Part shown: positions 47,701-59,700 of the stretch, one piece after another | Layout: every line of letters begins with the position of its first letter | Numbering within the stretch: position 1 is the stretch's first letter | Origin: Klebsormidium nitens | Lineage: Eukaryota > Plantae > Klebsormidiophyceae | Reading direction: 5' to 3' | DNA length: 64,000 nt | Assembly (NCBI GenBank): GCA_000708835.1 | Contig: DF237159.1 | Location: forward strand, 58,679-122,678 | The notes under the pieces: model-generated | Database searches by the model: none | Seen by the model: only the letters and a program-made list of their open reading frames with translations | Told to the model about the DNA's origin: nothing | Program-made: the position numbers and the translations under genes

Positions 47701-50700
47701 CTGCGCATGCCGTCGATGGGCGTGTCGTCGCCGCTGTGGCTTGAACCACGTGCGTGCCGCCGCGCCGCCGCCTCGGCCCGCTCCTGCTCGCGCCGCGCCG
47801 CTTCCTCCTCCTTCTGCTGGGCCAGGAAACGCACCTGTGACAAGAGACGCTGTGTCAGATTCCTGACCGGTTATTATTTACTTTTTGTTTCTTGTGGTTG
47901 TGTAGTAGGGTTGGACGCGAGGAAACATCAGAGCTCAATGACGTCCAGCCGCTCCCATGTGCGCCGCGCCGCTTCCTCCTCCTAGTAATGGAAAGCGCAC
48001 ATCACGAAAAGAAAGTTCATGCTCTTGAAACGTTTTTTCAGAAAGAAGAAGTGGTGGATTCAGCGGGGGGACTTCGAAGAACCGGAAAGGACGGTCCCCC
48101 TTCCATTTAACGGCTGTAACAAAGATGACGATGTAAGCGCAACGAACGGAAGGATCCATAGACAAGGCTCGTTCTTGAAAACCTTGTCAGTGGGATTGGG
48201 AGCTGAGGCCAAGTACTGAATATGACGTAAAGTCATCAAAGGGGTTTTGACAGCTGGGCAAGCAAATGCGCAGTGTTCGCAACTCCGTGCGCTGCAAGGA
48301 GTGCAGGCCTCACAGTATGGATGTTGCGTTTTACGAAGTCTGCTGTTTGGAGTTCAGGAAGCGATAGCTGAATAGAGCCGGCTTCGCCTTTTCAACTCCA
48401 AAAGTGCAGAGGACGCTGCCAGACCTCTTGGCCGAAAAGACTGGGTGTGCGGGTTCCGGTTCTGTCCCTTGCGAATTTAAAGAGGGCGTTGGCGGACGCG
48501 TCCGCAGTGACGTCAAGAGCGACAGACAGCCCGGAGTATCAGGTTGATTGTCGCCAGGAAATGACTTCAGCTCGATGACCACGTAGTATCATCTTAGCAA
48601 CCACATACCAGCATTCTCACTCGTATTGTCGCTGCGATTTTGTCGTATCGCCACGCCCTCTTTAAGTGGACCATAGCAACGAAAGTACAGAAGACTGAAA
48701 GTAAGCATATCTCTGTAACCCGCTAGTGTCTGCATTCTGATAGCAAAAGACTTTAGTTTCTCTTCCGCCGCAACTTAACAGAACCTTAGCCGAAGATAGC
48801 ATGTCGCTCCTCTCTTTGAAGTTTCCTAGCGGAGCATCCACTGTGAGGACTCCCTCGCAGAGCTCCTTCACTAGTCATGATAAGTGCAGCAGAATACGTA
48901 CCCAAGCCGAAGACTGAGCCGAAACCCGACAGATTGAACACCCCAGACTTCTTGCATAGGATCCAGTGGCGCTGATTCCGCGCAACTGGCCAGTTCGAGC
49001 AGTAAAAATCCAGTGTCCACAAATCATGGACTTGAACCCAGACCCGAACCCAGCCCCAAACCCGACGCTCTGAAACCCCCGAACTCCTCACCCGCTCTTT
49101 GTGTTTGGCATTCTTGCGTAGGGTTAGCTTCCTCGCAACTGCCCAGATAACCAAGATCACACTTTCCCATACCATGGACCTGATATCCCAGAATCGAAAC
49201 CCCAAAACTCTAAACTCCTTGAACTTCTCACCCGCTCTTCCTGCTTGGCCGTCTTGCGCAGGATCCGCTGGCGCCGCTCCTCCGCGGCCGCCTCCTCCGC
49301 CTTCTTGCGCTCGGCCTCGCGGCGCTCCGCCTCTAGTTCCGCCTCGATCTCCGCCTGGAGAAAATTCGAAGGGTCGGGACTTAGCAGAACTGAACAATGC
49401 AGTAGCCAAGCCGGATAAGCGGGCGGCCCAATAAAGTTGCACAATTCACCAAGTCAGGGCACAATGACCCAACGATAAACCCTTTGAGCATATTGGACAG
49501 AGCCGAGGGAAGGTCACAGCTAAGAATACACGCCAAATCCATACCCAGCAGAGCAATGCTTTGAACCAACGTTGTAGCCTCTTGAATTCATCTCACCCTT
49601 CTCCCAACGTCACCAGAAGCCGTATTCAAACCTCAGACATTGCATCAACGAAGTTCGACAGCTGCTCTTTCGACGTCATCCTTCGAAAGTAGACAGTGCG
49701 TAGGCTAACCTGGATCCGTTCCTCCTCCCATTGGGCCGCCAGCTCCACCTGGCGCCGGTATGCGTCGTCCGCTTGTTCCGTGTCCCAGTCTGTGAACACA
49801 ATCTGTTCTTCGTCGTCGTCCACTTCCGCTTCTTGTTGGTCCTGTAAGTAAGGTTAAGGAAGTTTCGTTGGCTTGGACATAGTCTGGCAGGTTTTGAAGA
49901 GGTTCTGTTTCAGAAGAGGCGGCCCTACGCATAGTTTGCTTGCTCCGTGTCCCAGTCAGTGAACACAACGTGCTCTTCGTCATCGTCCACTTCCGCTTCT
50001 TGTTGCTCCTGTAAGTTTTGTGAAACACTTTGCTTAGGTTAGAACAGATCTGCGAGGTTTCGGAAAGATTTTGTTTAAGAACCGGCGCCGATATGCGTTG
50101 TCCGCTTGCTCCATGTTTCGCACAATGGGCCTCCTCGTAGTCCGTTATTGGTCCTGAAACATCGAGACATGGGTTGGTGCTCCGTAAGCATTGTATCAGC
50201 ACGCGTCAGCACAAACACTGAGTCAAGCAAACAATCTAGCGACGAGGAACATCCTACACTGAGTCCGCTGCTTCCTTGTCAGGGAATCATCATAAGGAAA
50301 GGGTCACGATATCATTCACAGATCTACACACGCACTGCAGTTCTCCTGGCAGTCAAGAGTCGGCATGTAGTACGGGCAAAGTGTCGAGACTACTGCCTGG
50401 TCGCAAACCTGCGGTCCAGCCTCTCTTTCGTGCTGCTGGACCCGAGCTAGAGATTTTAACTCGCTTTCGTGTTAGAGCACGAAAGCGGGAATGAAGCTTC
50501 TTGCAAGGTGGACCTGAAGGGTGTCCGCTCCTACCATTCGACCTACCATTCTACGTTCTACCTTTTGACCTCTCCCTCGCCACAGAACCACAAACGAAGC
50601 GAACTGCTGCGCCAGCAAAATGAAAGCGTCCTGATTTATGAGCACACAAGGCTCCAAACCGAACAGGGCCCGACGCCGATCGTTGAGCCATCGGAAAGAG

Positions 50701-53700
50701 AGGCATGGCTTAGCACGTTCTCCATGGCTGATGAACTAAGGAAGCAGTCATTCATTGTTCTTGTTGAACAGGTGTAGCTGCCAGTTAAAAGGCTCCATAA
50801 TGCTAACTCCAGTCAGAAGGGCAGTCGAGCACAGGGTGAATGTGCTTCCAGCTGGTTGAAGAGAAGAAATTGTGAGAGGAAGGGCGATTCACGTTGAAGA
50901 TTTTCCAGCTGGTTGATCTACAGCCACCGTTCAACCACCATGCTTGATCGTTATCATGCTTGCACCTCGTAATACATTACAAGAAGCGTAAGATGAGGCG
51001 TGAATCACCTTGAGCTTCTCCAGCTGATCCAGCTCCCACTCCTTTTGTTCGAAGTCGACCTCCGCCTGCGCCGCCTGCGGGTCGACCACGCCGAAGACGT
51101 CCTCCAAGTAATGCATCGCGTACCTGAGGAGATGAATGGTACGCAGCTGATAAACAGGAAGAGAAATCGCCCACTGATCAAACGCTCGTGGACAACTATC
51201 TGGCAAAGCGACGGGCATTCCGGATCGAGCCCGCTGAGGACGTCAAGTAATGCATCGCGTACCTAAGAAGACGAGTGATACGAAAGAACTCGCTCTCATT
51301 TCACCAGTCAGCCAGGGCCTGTCGGCCCTGTCCGGCGACCTGGTTCTACCAATTACGAGGCGACGCACAGGAAGAAAATGCCCACTGATCCCAGGTTAGT
51401 GAGTAGAAAACTTTCTGACGAAGGGATACGCCGCGTATGAATCCACCACGCCGAGCTCGTCCTCTCAACAGTGCACCGCATACTTGAAAAAAGAAGCGGA
51501 CGTTGGGAGAACACTTTGAGCTGCTTCCAAAGGGTTTGTTTAACAGAAACTTGTTGGAAACTTTCTTGACATGCAATGGAGAAGACTCGCTTGCATGATT
51601 TGGGAAAAACAGAAAGCTGCTTCAATGCCCTGAGTGCAATACAATCATCAGTCCTCGCGGATTGAAGAAGCCAGTGTTCCACGTAGGTTTGGAAGGACCA
51701 GGTTCTGAAATCGTGCAGAATTGGTTTGCAGCCTTGGGGACGTTCCACTCAACACGCGCCCTTTCGACGCACTTCCCCATCCAGTATCCCTTTTACCAGA
51801 GCCCAAATCGGAAGACAAATTACAAGTTGCAAGTTTGTTTTCTGCGAATGTCAGGATGGCTGAAATCCTCACAGTCTCCTATTTGCTACCTCACCTTTCA
51901 ATCGGCCGCAGCTGATCCTCAAACGAGAAGTTTCCGTCCTTCCCCGCGGCAGCCGCCCTCTGCTTCAAATCCCGCAGCACGTCCCCCTCCTCTTCAATCA
52001 CCGCGACTTCCCCTCCCTTTGCGGGGGGGCCCTCGGCCCCTTTCGCCGCCCCCCCCTCCTCGTCGTCGTCCGCCACCGGCCCCCCCTCTTCGTTGAACTC
52101 GGCTGCGTCTTGCGCCTCTTCCTGTTCCGCCCGTTTCAGCGCCGCGTAATCTTCCTCGTCCTCCGCGCGACCAAGCGCCGCCTCGACTTCCGCGTTGGTG
52201 GGCTCTGCAGGGGCGGGTTCCGCCGGTTCCGCCGGAACGTCCGCCCGTTCCGCCGGAACGCCGCCTGCGGGCGGAACGGCGGCGTGCGTGGGCGCGGCGC
52301 CCCCGAAGAGCTCCATCGGGTCCAGCTTCTTGAAGAAGTCGGTGTTGTAGCCCCCGCTTTGGATCACAAGATCGTCGAGCGCGCGCTTCTGGTTCGCCTT
52401 CTTCAGAATATTCTCCTCGATCGTGCTCTCGCAAACTAACCGGTATATGTGCACTTCCCGCGTTTGCCCGATGCGGTGACACCTGTCCTGCGCCTGGAGA
52501 TCCATCGCGGGGTTCCAGTCGCTATCATAAAAAATGACCGTATCCGCGCCGACTAAGTTGACGCCGACCCCGCCCGACCGCGTCGACAGAATGAACAGGA
52601 AGATTTTAGGGTTTGTGTTGAAGCGCTGCATCAGGATTTGGCGCTGCTCCGGCTTTGTGCTCCCGTCGAGGCGCATGTACGTGTAGCCGTACAGGTTGAT
52701 AAACGATTCCAGGTGGTCCAGCATCCTGGTCATCTGCGTGAAGATGAGCGCGCGGTGCCCGCCCGCCTTGAGCTTGCGCAGGAGCTCCGCGAGTTCTTGG
52801 AGTTTGCCGCAGTCGTACTGCAAGGGACAGGACAAAAAAAAAGGTGAGCAGGAAGGGATGATTGGGGGAAAGTGACAGGATTTCCGAAACGCCGTCCATT
52901 TTCATCACAAGACTTCTATGAATCAAACGGCGCTGAACAAAAGGTCCACAAGCTGTCGTACTGCAAGGGACGGAAGAGGGAAAGGCTGAGCGATAGATTT
53001 GGTAGGTTCCGCAAGCCTACTCAAAGGTGTCGGGGCAGGGAGGAGCGTTTGAGATGGGGGGTAACACGAGCGGAAAACTTGGTAGGACCCCACCCCCGTC
53101 ATTTCTAGTCAAGCCTTTCCTAAATACCGACTATTCCGTGAAGTCGTCCGTTCGTCTCGGCAGGCAGTGAAGTCGACCCTTCCGAAAGAAGAGTCTTGTC
53201 TCAGGGGGTTGAAATGAGTGTGAAAGAAGAGCGACCGGAGAAAGCATAAATGACGTCAGAATATGGTTCAGGCGATGAAAGTAGGCAAAGTGCTTGCATA
53301 AGTCTGAATAGGTCCTCCAGCAGACGGCGTAGCTTGCTCCCATCGGTGCACTGGAAGCTTCTGTCACAGTGCAATACCTGTGGACTTGGTGCCAAGAGTG
53401 GGAATGGAACTGCCTACTTGTGATGATATCGTGGCAAGGAGATGAAAGCAGACTGCCAAAAGCTTTTTGCAAATGCGATGCGACCCCAGCGACCGAACTT
53501 ACCTGGAGCAGTCGCCGGTCCGGGAAGAACAGCTGCCGCCGCACGATTGCCTGCCGCAGGGGGGTCAGCAGCGGCGCCACCTCCCTGCTTAGCATAACCT
53601 CCCTCGTCTCGCTCGCTAACTGCTCGCTAACCCCCGGGTGGCTGCACCAGGGCCGGGGCGGGGGCGCCCTTGCCCGGGGAATCGCAAACACGAACGTTTC

Positions 53701-56700
53701 GACCAGGTCCTGAGCCTTTTCACACCGCCCTTCCGGCGAAACGACGAGCTCCGCTAGCGCATTCGGGTAGTCGAGGTACCGGGCCGGGTTAGCGGTCAAC
53801 CGGGTGACGGTCAGGGCCGGGGGGACGACTTCGACGGCCGCACGCACGTCGGCGCCAAAGACCGGCCGCCGATTGCACCGACGCACGTTCAGCGACGCAA
53901 GGAACGCGAGCGTATCCTTCTTGCGCTGCAGCCGCTTCGCCTCGATCGCATCTCGGATCTCTTCCAACAGCGTCCGCGGTCTGCCGGGCGAAGGACCGGT
54001 ACTGCTCGTCGAGGCACCGTTACCGCTCGCTGCCCTTTCGCCCTCGGTCTCGTTCGCGGTTGGGACGTTCCCAGGCGTTTCAACCACAGGGACTGCGCTC
54101 GCGGGCTTCTCAGGGCCGTCGATCTCCTCGATCAGCGGCCGAGGCGTCGCCAGCTGGCAGATCTCCTCGGCCTCCCATTGGTGCATTCCCTCCAGGTCGA
54201 TGAGCCGCATATTGAGCGCGTCGAGGTCAAGGGACGTCAGCGGGTGCGGTTTGAGGGCGTTGATGACGTCACTGCTGAGCTGGGGGGAGATTTGGGGCAT
54301 GTCGTATGCGGATACGATGGGGCGGCCCTCGAAGAGGTCCGGGTGGTTGCACACCTGCGGAAAGCAAAGTAGGACTTTTTTTTGTGAACATGCTCCCGTG
54401 ACTACTCGATTTTGCAGCCAAATACTAGAAGTGGTTCGAACTCGGTTGCATTAACTCATGGTGCCGAGAGTTGGTCCAAAGCTGCGGGGAGAGTGACGCA
54501 ACGCCGTCAGTAAATCTTTGTTGCCCTTATTCAACGGGAACATGACCTCTCAAAACTACACGTGACGGGTTTAACTGGTTGGGATACGGAGGACAAACGT
54601 TGGCGCCCTTCGAAAGGTCGCATCATTGAAGATTGCAGAAATGTGAAGAGAATGGTAGGGTCCCTGTTTATAAGTTTGTCAACTCTCTGATTTCAGCTTT
54701 GGGCACTTCATGATCCGGTCCCAACCGAAAGGCAGCAGAAGTGTTAGCAACAGCGACCCAGGAAAGAGTTCAAAAGATACAATCCTCATGAGAACGTTAA
54801 TAAATGAGCACCAAAAAGTCCCCTAACGCGAGCACGGCCTTTCAACTTACCAATCTCATCTCCAGAATGGTCCTGAAGATTTTGAAGATACTAAAGAATC
54901 GCAACCCTCCTCAACTTGGAATCACGGAAAACCGAAGAACGAAAGCGCCTTTGAAAGAGAAACCAACTGCAACCTTTTTCTGGAAAGGAAGACTCATCGC
55001 ACTCCTCTCCCGAAAGGAACAACGCAATCCCGTTGTTCCTCTCCAAAAGAAAGAGCGCATGCCCAAACTTCCTCAACATGGACACATGAGAATTGCAAAA
55101 TCCTCCCCACCTTGCGCAGCTGCATGAGCACGTTGATGAGCCCCAGAAAGTTGCCCGACGCGAGCGTGGCCTGCGTGTCCGACGACGCCATAAAGTCCTC
55201 GTACAGGTTGCGCTGCCGCTTGGACAGCCGGCACTTGATCACGTGCTCGAACTTGCCCGGAAGCTGCTTCTCGACGTCCTGCTTGAGGCGTCGAAGCAGG
55301 AACGGCCGCAGGATGGAGTGCAGCCGTTCGACGAGCTCCTTGTTGATCTGCAGATTGAAGGTGGCCAATAAATGCCTTATCTGAATGCCGTTTGAGAGGA
55401 GTCTGCCGGCTCAAAGTGTTCTTCGTTGGTCGTCAAAGAAGGCCGGACCTCAGAATGGGGTGTAAACATTCGACGAGCTGCTATAGGGACCCGAAACGCC
55501 CACTTATGCCGCGGTCAGACACAAAGTGAACTGATAAATTGGGTAAGCATACCAAGAAACGAAACGATGATTCTTCGCGTGATCTTTGATATCTTACAAC
55601 CCAAAACACTGAGAACTCAACAGTATCATCAGGATTCAGCTTTTTGGGGTCCTAGGGTTTGGTGATTCTGAAGGGACCTGCTGAGCGCCTTGGATCATGC
55701 TGTCGAGCAACTCAGAGGAACTAATCGGATTCAGAGAAGCCAACCCGGAACAGACAAGGGAAAAGTGAAAGAAGAAGGTGACACCAATTATCTTTGACGA
55801 GCAACCCGACTGAAACAGAAGAAAAGGCCCCAGAACAGTGGCCCTGACCTGCTCCGCGCCCTCGACCATGCCGTTGAGCGGGTTGGAGAACCAGTCGCGG
55901 AACTCCTGGTGGGACTGGAACACGTGCGGCATCAGAAAGTGCATCAGGGACCACAGCTCCATCAGGTCGTTCTGGAGCGGCGTCCTGCACAGAGTGTTCA
56001 AGAACAAGGTTAGTGAAGGCACGGGTGTGAATGAGAAAGCACTCAGCTCTTCAATCCTGCACTCGCCTACTTGCACTATAGCGGGAGGGCGTGAGGCATC
56101 AGGAAGACAACATGGATCATAGCTCCATTGGGTTGTTCCGTAACTAACATTAGCACTGGGAAAGGGGTTGCGTCTAAAGCTAGAAGGAGACGGGAAACTC
56201 GTGAAAGCTTTGAGCACGATCCACCACTTAGCGAGAAGCTGAAGAATCACTCTTCACCATAAAAGCAGACTGGACAGAGAAGTTGCAAAGAACCTCACAT
56301 TGTCAGACACTCTTCTACAAGGTGTTCTATGTATCAAACTGCCAAACTTAGTCTCTGGGTTGACCAGTATAGTCAAAACAACAACCAACCAAGGGGTACC
56401 TCAGAAACCTGATCCAATCGAAATCTTTAAATCAAAACTTGTATGAAAGTGTCCAGAAGAGCAGCTGGGTTGACCACAAACCTGAAACACCACCAAAGGA
56501 CAACCAAATTCTTAACGAAGAGCTTATAACCTCACCCGGTGAGCAGGATGCGCCGCTTGGAGTTGAAGTTGAGCAGCACCTGCCACCGCTGGCTCCTCCA
56601 ATTCTTGATCATATGCGCCTCGTCCAGGATCAAATACCGCCACTTCTTCCGCTTGAACATCTTCTGGTCCTGGATCACAAGCCGGTACGTCGTGATACAC

Positions 56701-59700
56701 ACGTGGAACGAATTCGGCTTACTCCACCCCTGCCGCTTCGCCTTGCGCTCCTTCGCCGACCCGAAATACGTCAGCACTTTGAACGCCGGGCACCATTTCT
56801 TGAGCTCCGTCTCCCAATTCAGCATCACGCTCGTCGGAACCACGATCAGGTGCGGGCCCCAGATGCCCTTCTCGCACGCGAGATACGCGAGCAACGCGAT
56901 CGTCTGGATCGTCTTCCCGAGCCCCATCTCGTCCGCCAGGATTCCGTTTAACCGCTTCTCATACATTGTCACCAGCCAGTCGAGCCCGATGTGCTGGTAC
57001 TCGCGCAGCGAGTGCTTCAGTAGAAACGGTACCTTGGTCCGGACTTGCGTCGTCGACAGAGTGTAGCCCGTCGGTTGGGCGGCCATTGCCGCGGCAGCCG
57101 CGTTTTTCAACCGGTCCTGACCCGACCCCTCGTCAAAGTCGTCCGCTTCCTCTTCTTCGACTTTGCCCGCGCTCTCTTTCGCCCCCCACTCTGCCAAACC
57201 CGTCACTTTACACCCCACCTCCGTTTCCGCAGCGTTCCTCCCCGTGTCTTTAGCCCCCCCTTCCGTAATTTTCGCTTTCCCCTCCGTCTTTTCAGCCCCC
57301 ACCGCCTTCTCACTGACCGCGCCCTCCGCTTCGTTTTTCACCTCAATTTCCATAGCGTCACTCTCCTTCTCTTCAGCTCCCGTCTGGCCTTTTCTCAACT
57401 CCACTGCAGCCCCCTCAGGCTTCTCTTCGCTCCTTCCGGTATTCACTCCCCTCGCCTCCGCCTTCTCCCCTTCCGCTACAGACGTTTCCCCAAGGTCTCG
57501 CACCCCCTGGTTCGTCTCTAGCCCTTTCCCGTCGTTTTCGGACCTCATCCCTTCCTCTTCCCGCTCACCCGCCTCCTTCTCAATAATTCCATTCCTTCCA
57601 GGCGCCGCCTTCTCCTCCGGAGACACCCCCCCGTCCTCCACAACCGTCCCCTCTTTCTCGCTAGCCTTCCGCCCCGCCTCTCGCCCATCTTCGTCCCCTC
57701 TAGAGCTCCTTTCCACGCCCACAATCCCCCCACTCCCTCCCCCTTCCTCCTCCACCCCACTCCGCATCTTGGCCCTCTCCCCCCTCTTCGCGGCAGCTCT
57801 TCGCACGGCTAACAAGCCCGCTTCCGTGTCCCCATCTTCCTCCCCCCCCCCCTCCCAAAAGCGCAGACACCCCAAGCACTTCCTCGTCTCCCCCCCCCTC
57901 TTTTCCCTCTGACTCCGCCCCCCCTTCCTCCTCGCTCTCGTCCGAGCTCCGGCCCCCCTCCCCGTCGTCAAATCCGTCTGGACTGCCCCCCGAGGACAAA
58001 TCCAAAAGCTCCCCCAAAGATGGACCTTCTGGGGGGGTCATTTCAGGGCTTGCCGGGACCCCTGGTCGCGGACCCTCTTCGACGCCGCTCTCGGGGGACA
58101 CCTCCGTGTGGTTGGGGACGTCTGACGGCTCGTCGTGATCGCTGGCTTCCGATTCTTCCTCCCCCGATCCGGACTCGTCTGCAAGCACAACGAGCCAGAT
58201 CATTCGCGAGGTCAGCTCAAAAGTCGTGTCTGTTCTCCTGTCGGACGCAACGTGTTTCTCCAGAGAACTTATGGATTCTTTGAAAGACAGCCGCGTTAGA
58301 ATCGGCCAGGGGACGTCCCCTTCCCTCCTTTTCCGAGAGTGCACCTTTTCGTATCAGTCAGCATTACTAACTATTGACCAGTCGCAACTTGAGCAGCAAT
58401 ATCTTAGACCCGTAGGCGTTGCTGAGACACGCACATGCAATTTCAACGCCGATACTCCAACCATCAATCGCGGAACATGATGTTTCAGGATCTCTTGGCG
58501 CTGCTTTTTGCCAAAAGAGGAACATCTTGGCGGGTGTCCATAAATCCGTCAAGAGGTAGATCTCGGATTCTCAGCACGTTTGAGGAGAAGACAAACTTGA
58601 AGTATAATCTGGGCAGATTCTTCCCGCAAGGTCTCAAAAGAGTAAAGCCCCTTACAAAGCAACAAAAGGGCTTTGCCTCTTGGTACCAATCCCACGTACA
58701 GAGACTCTGCTTCCTTTGAGGGACGAAGCACTGCTTTCACCCACCTTCGGCCTGGCTGCTCCGCTCGCCAGAGCTCTCTTCTTCGGCGGACTCCTCGTCC
58801 CGCATGCCCTTGTAGCGGGCCAGCAGTTCCTCTACAGTGAGCTCGCTCTCCTGCTGTAGCATGGCCAACTCGTCATCGCCACCTGTTCCAGACACGTGAC
58901 TCACTTACACTTTTGCACAATCCAGCCAGCTTTGTCCGCTCTGGTATGCCACGTGACTGCCGCTTACGCGTCTGCTGCTCAACTTAGCCTGCCACCAGTA
59001 TGACACTCGCCTAAATTGCAGCAACGGGAATCTAGAAAGTTTCGAGGTGGACTCCAAAGTTCTGCTGTGGTATTGCCGCCGGTTCCAAACACGCCTCTGT
59101 ACGCGTTTGCACAGTCCAGCCTCGTCCGCTGTAGATTGCCAACCGTCTGCTGCCTCAAGTAAAGCCCAGCCATCAGTGTATCGCTAGCCCCAGGACAACG
59201 ACAGCTGAAAGTCTATTAACCTCCAAAGCGAAAACGAAGCGTCGACTTCTTCTCCCAATTGTCCGCTTAGCTCACTGGTAGTCGGAGGACGGTTTCAGAT
59301 CTCACTATGAGAATCCAGCCTTCGAAGCAAATGAGAAACGGAGTCACTGGGTGGTTATGGCAAATTAATGCGCTCCACTTCTGTCAGCAGCCATGTCGCT
59401 CAGAGCCACACTATCGTTACTCCTCCAACATAAGCAGGAAGGATTTAGTAAGCACTGAAGGAAACGACCAGGCAGCACGGCTCTTTCCTTTGCGGGTCCT
59501 CGATCCATCAGGTGGCCCCTGCCTTTTTCCCCAACCTACAAAACAACCAATTTTCGACTTCTACCCCCCCAACAGACGAACTAGACAGAAGCCAAACTTA
59601 CCAAGATCCCCGCTCTGCTGTGCCAGCTTCTCCTCTTCCTCAAGCGTCGCCTCGTCATCCCCCCCCTCGTCGTCCCCCTGATACTCTTCTTCTTCGTCTT

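Noticed and set aside
33331-52975. Echoes as functional mutually exclusive exons
   Set aside because: Those examined carry only one splice site and often an in-frame stop or indel (e.g. TAG in the 50008 and 33785 copies; 4-nt deletion in the 51262 copy).
33331-52975. Echoes as simple assembly duplications
   Set aside because: Copies are substantially diverged with codon-structured differences; misassembly would give near-identical copies. Long reads are still needed for proof.
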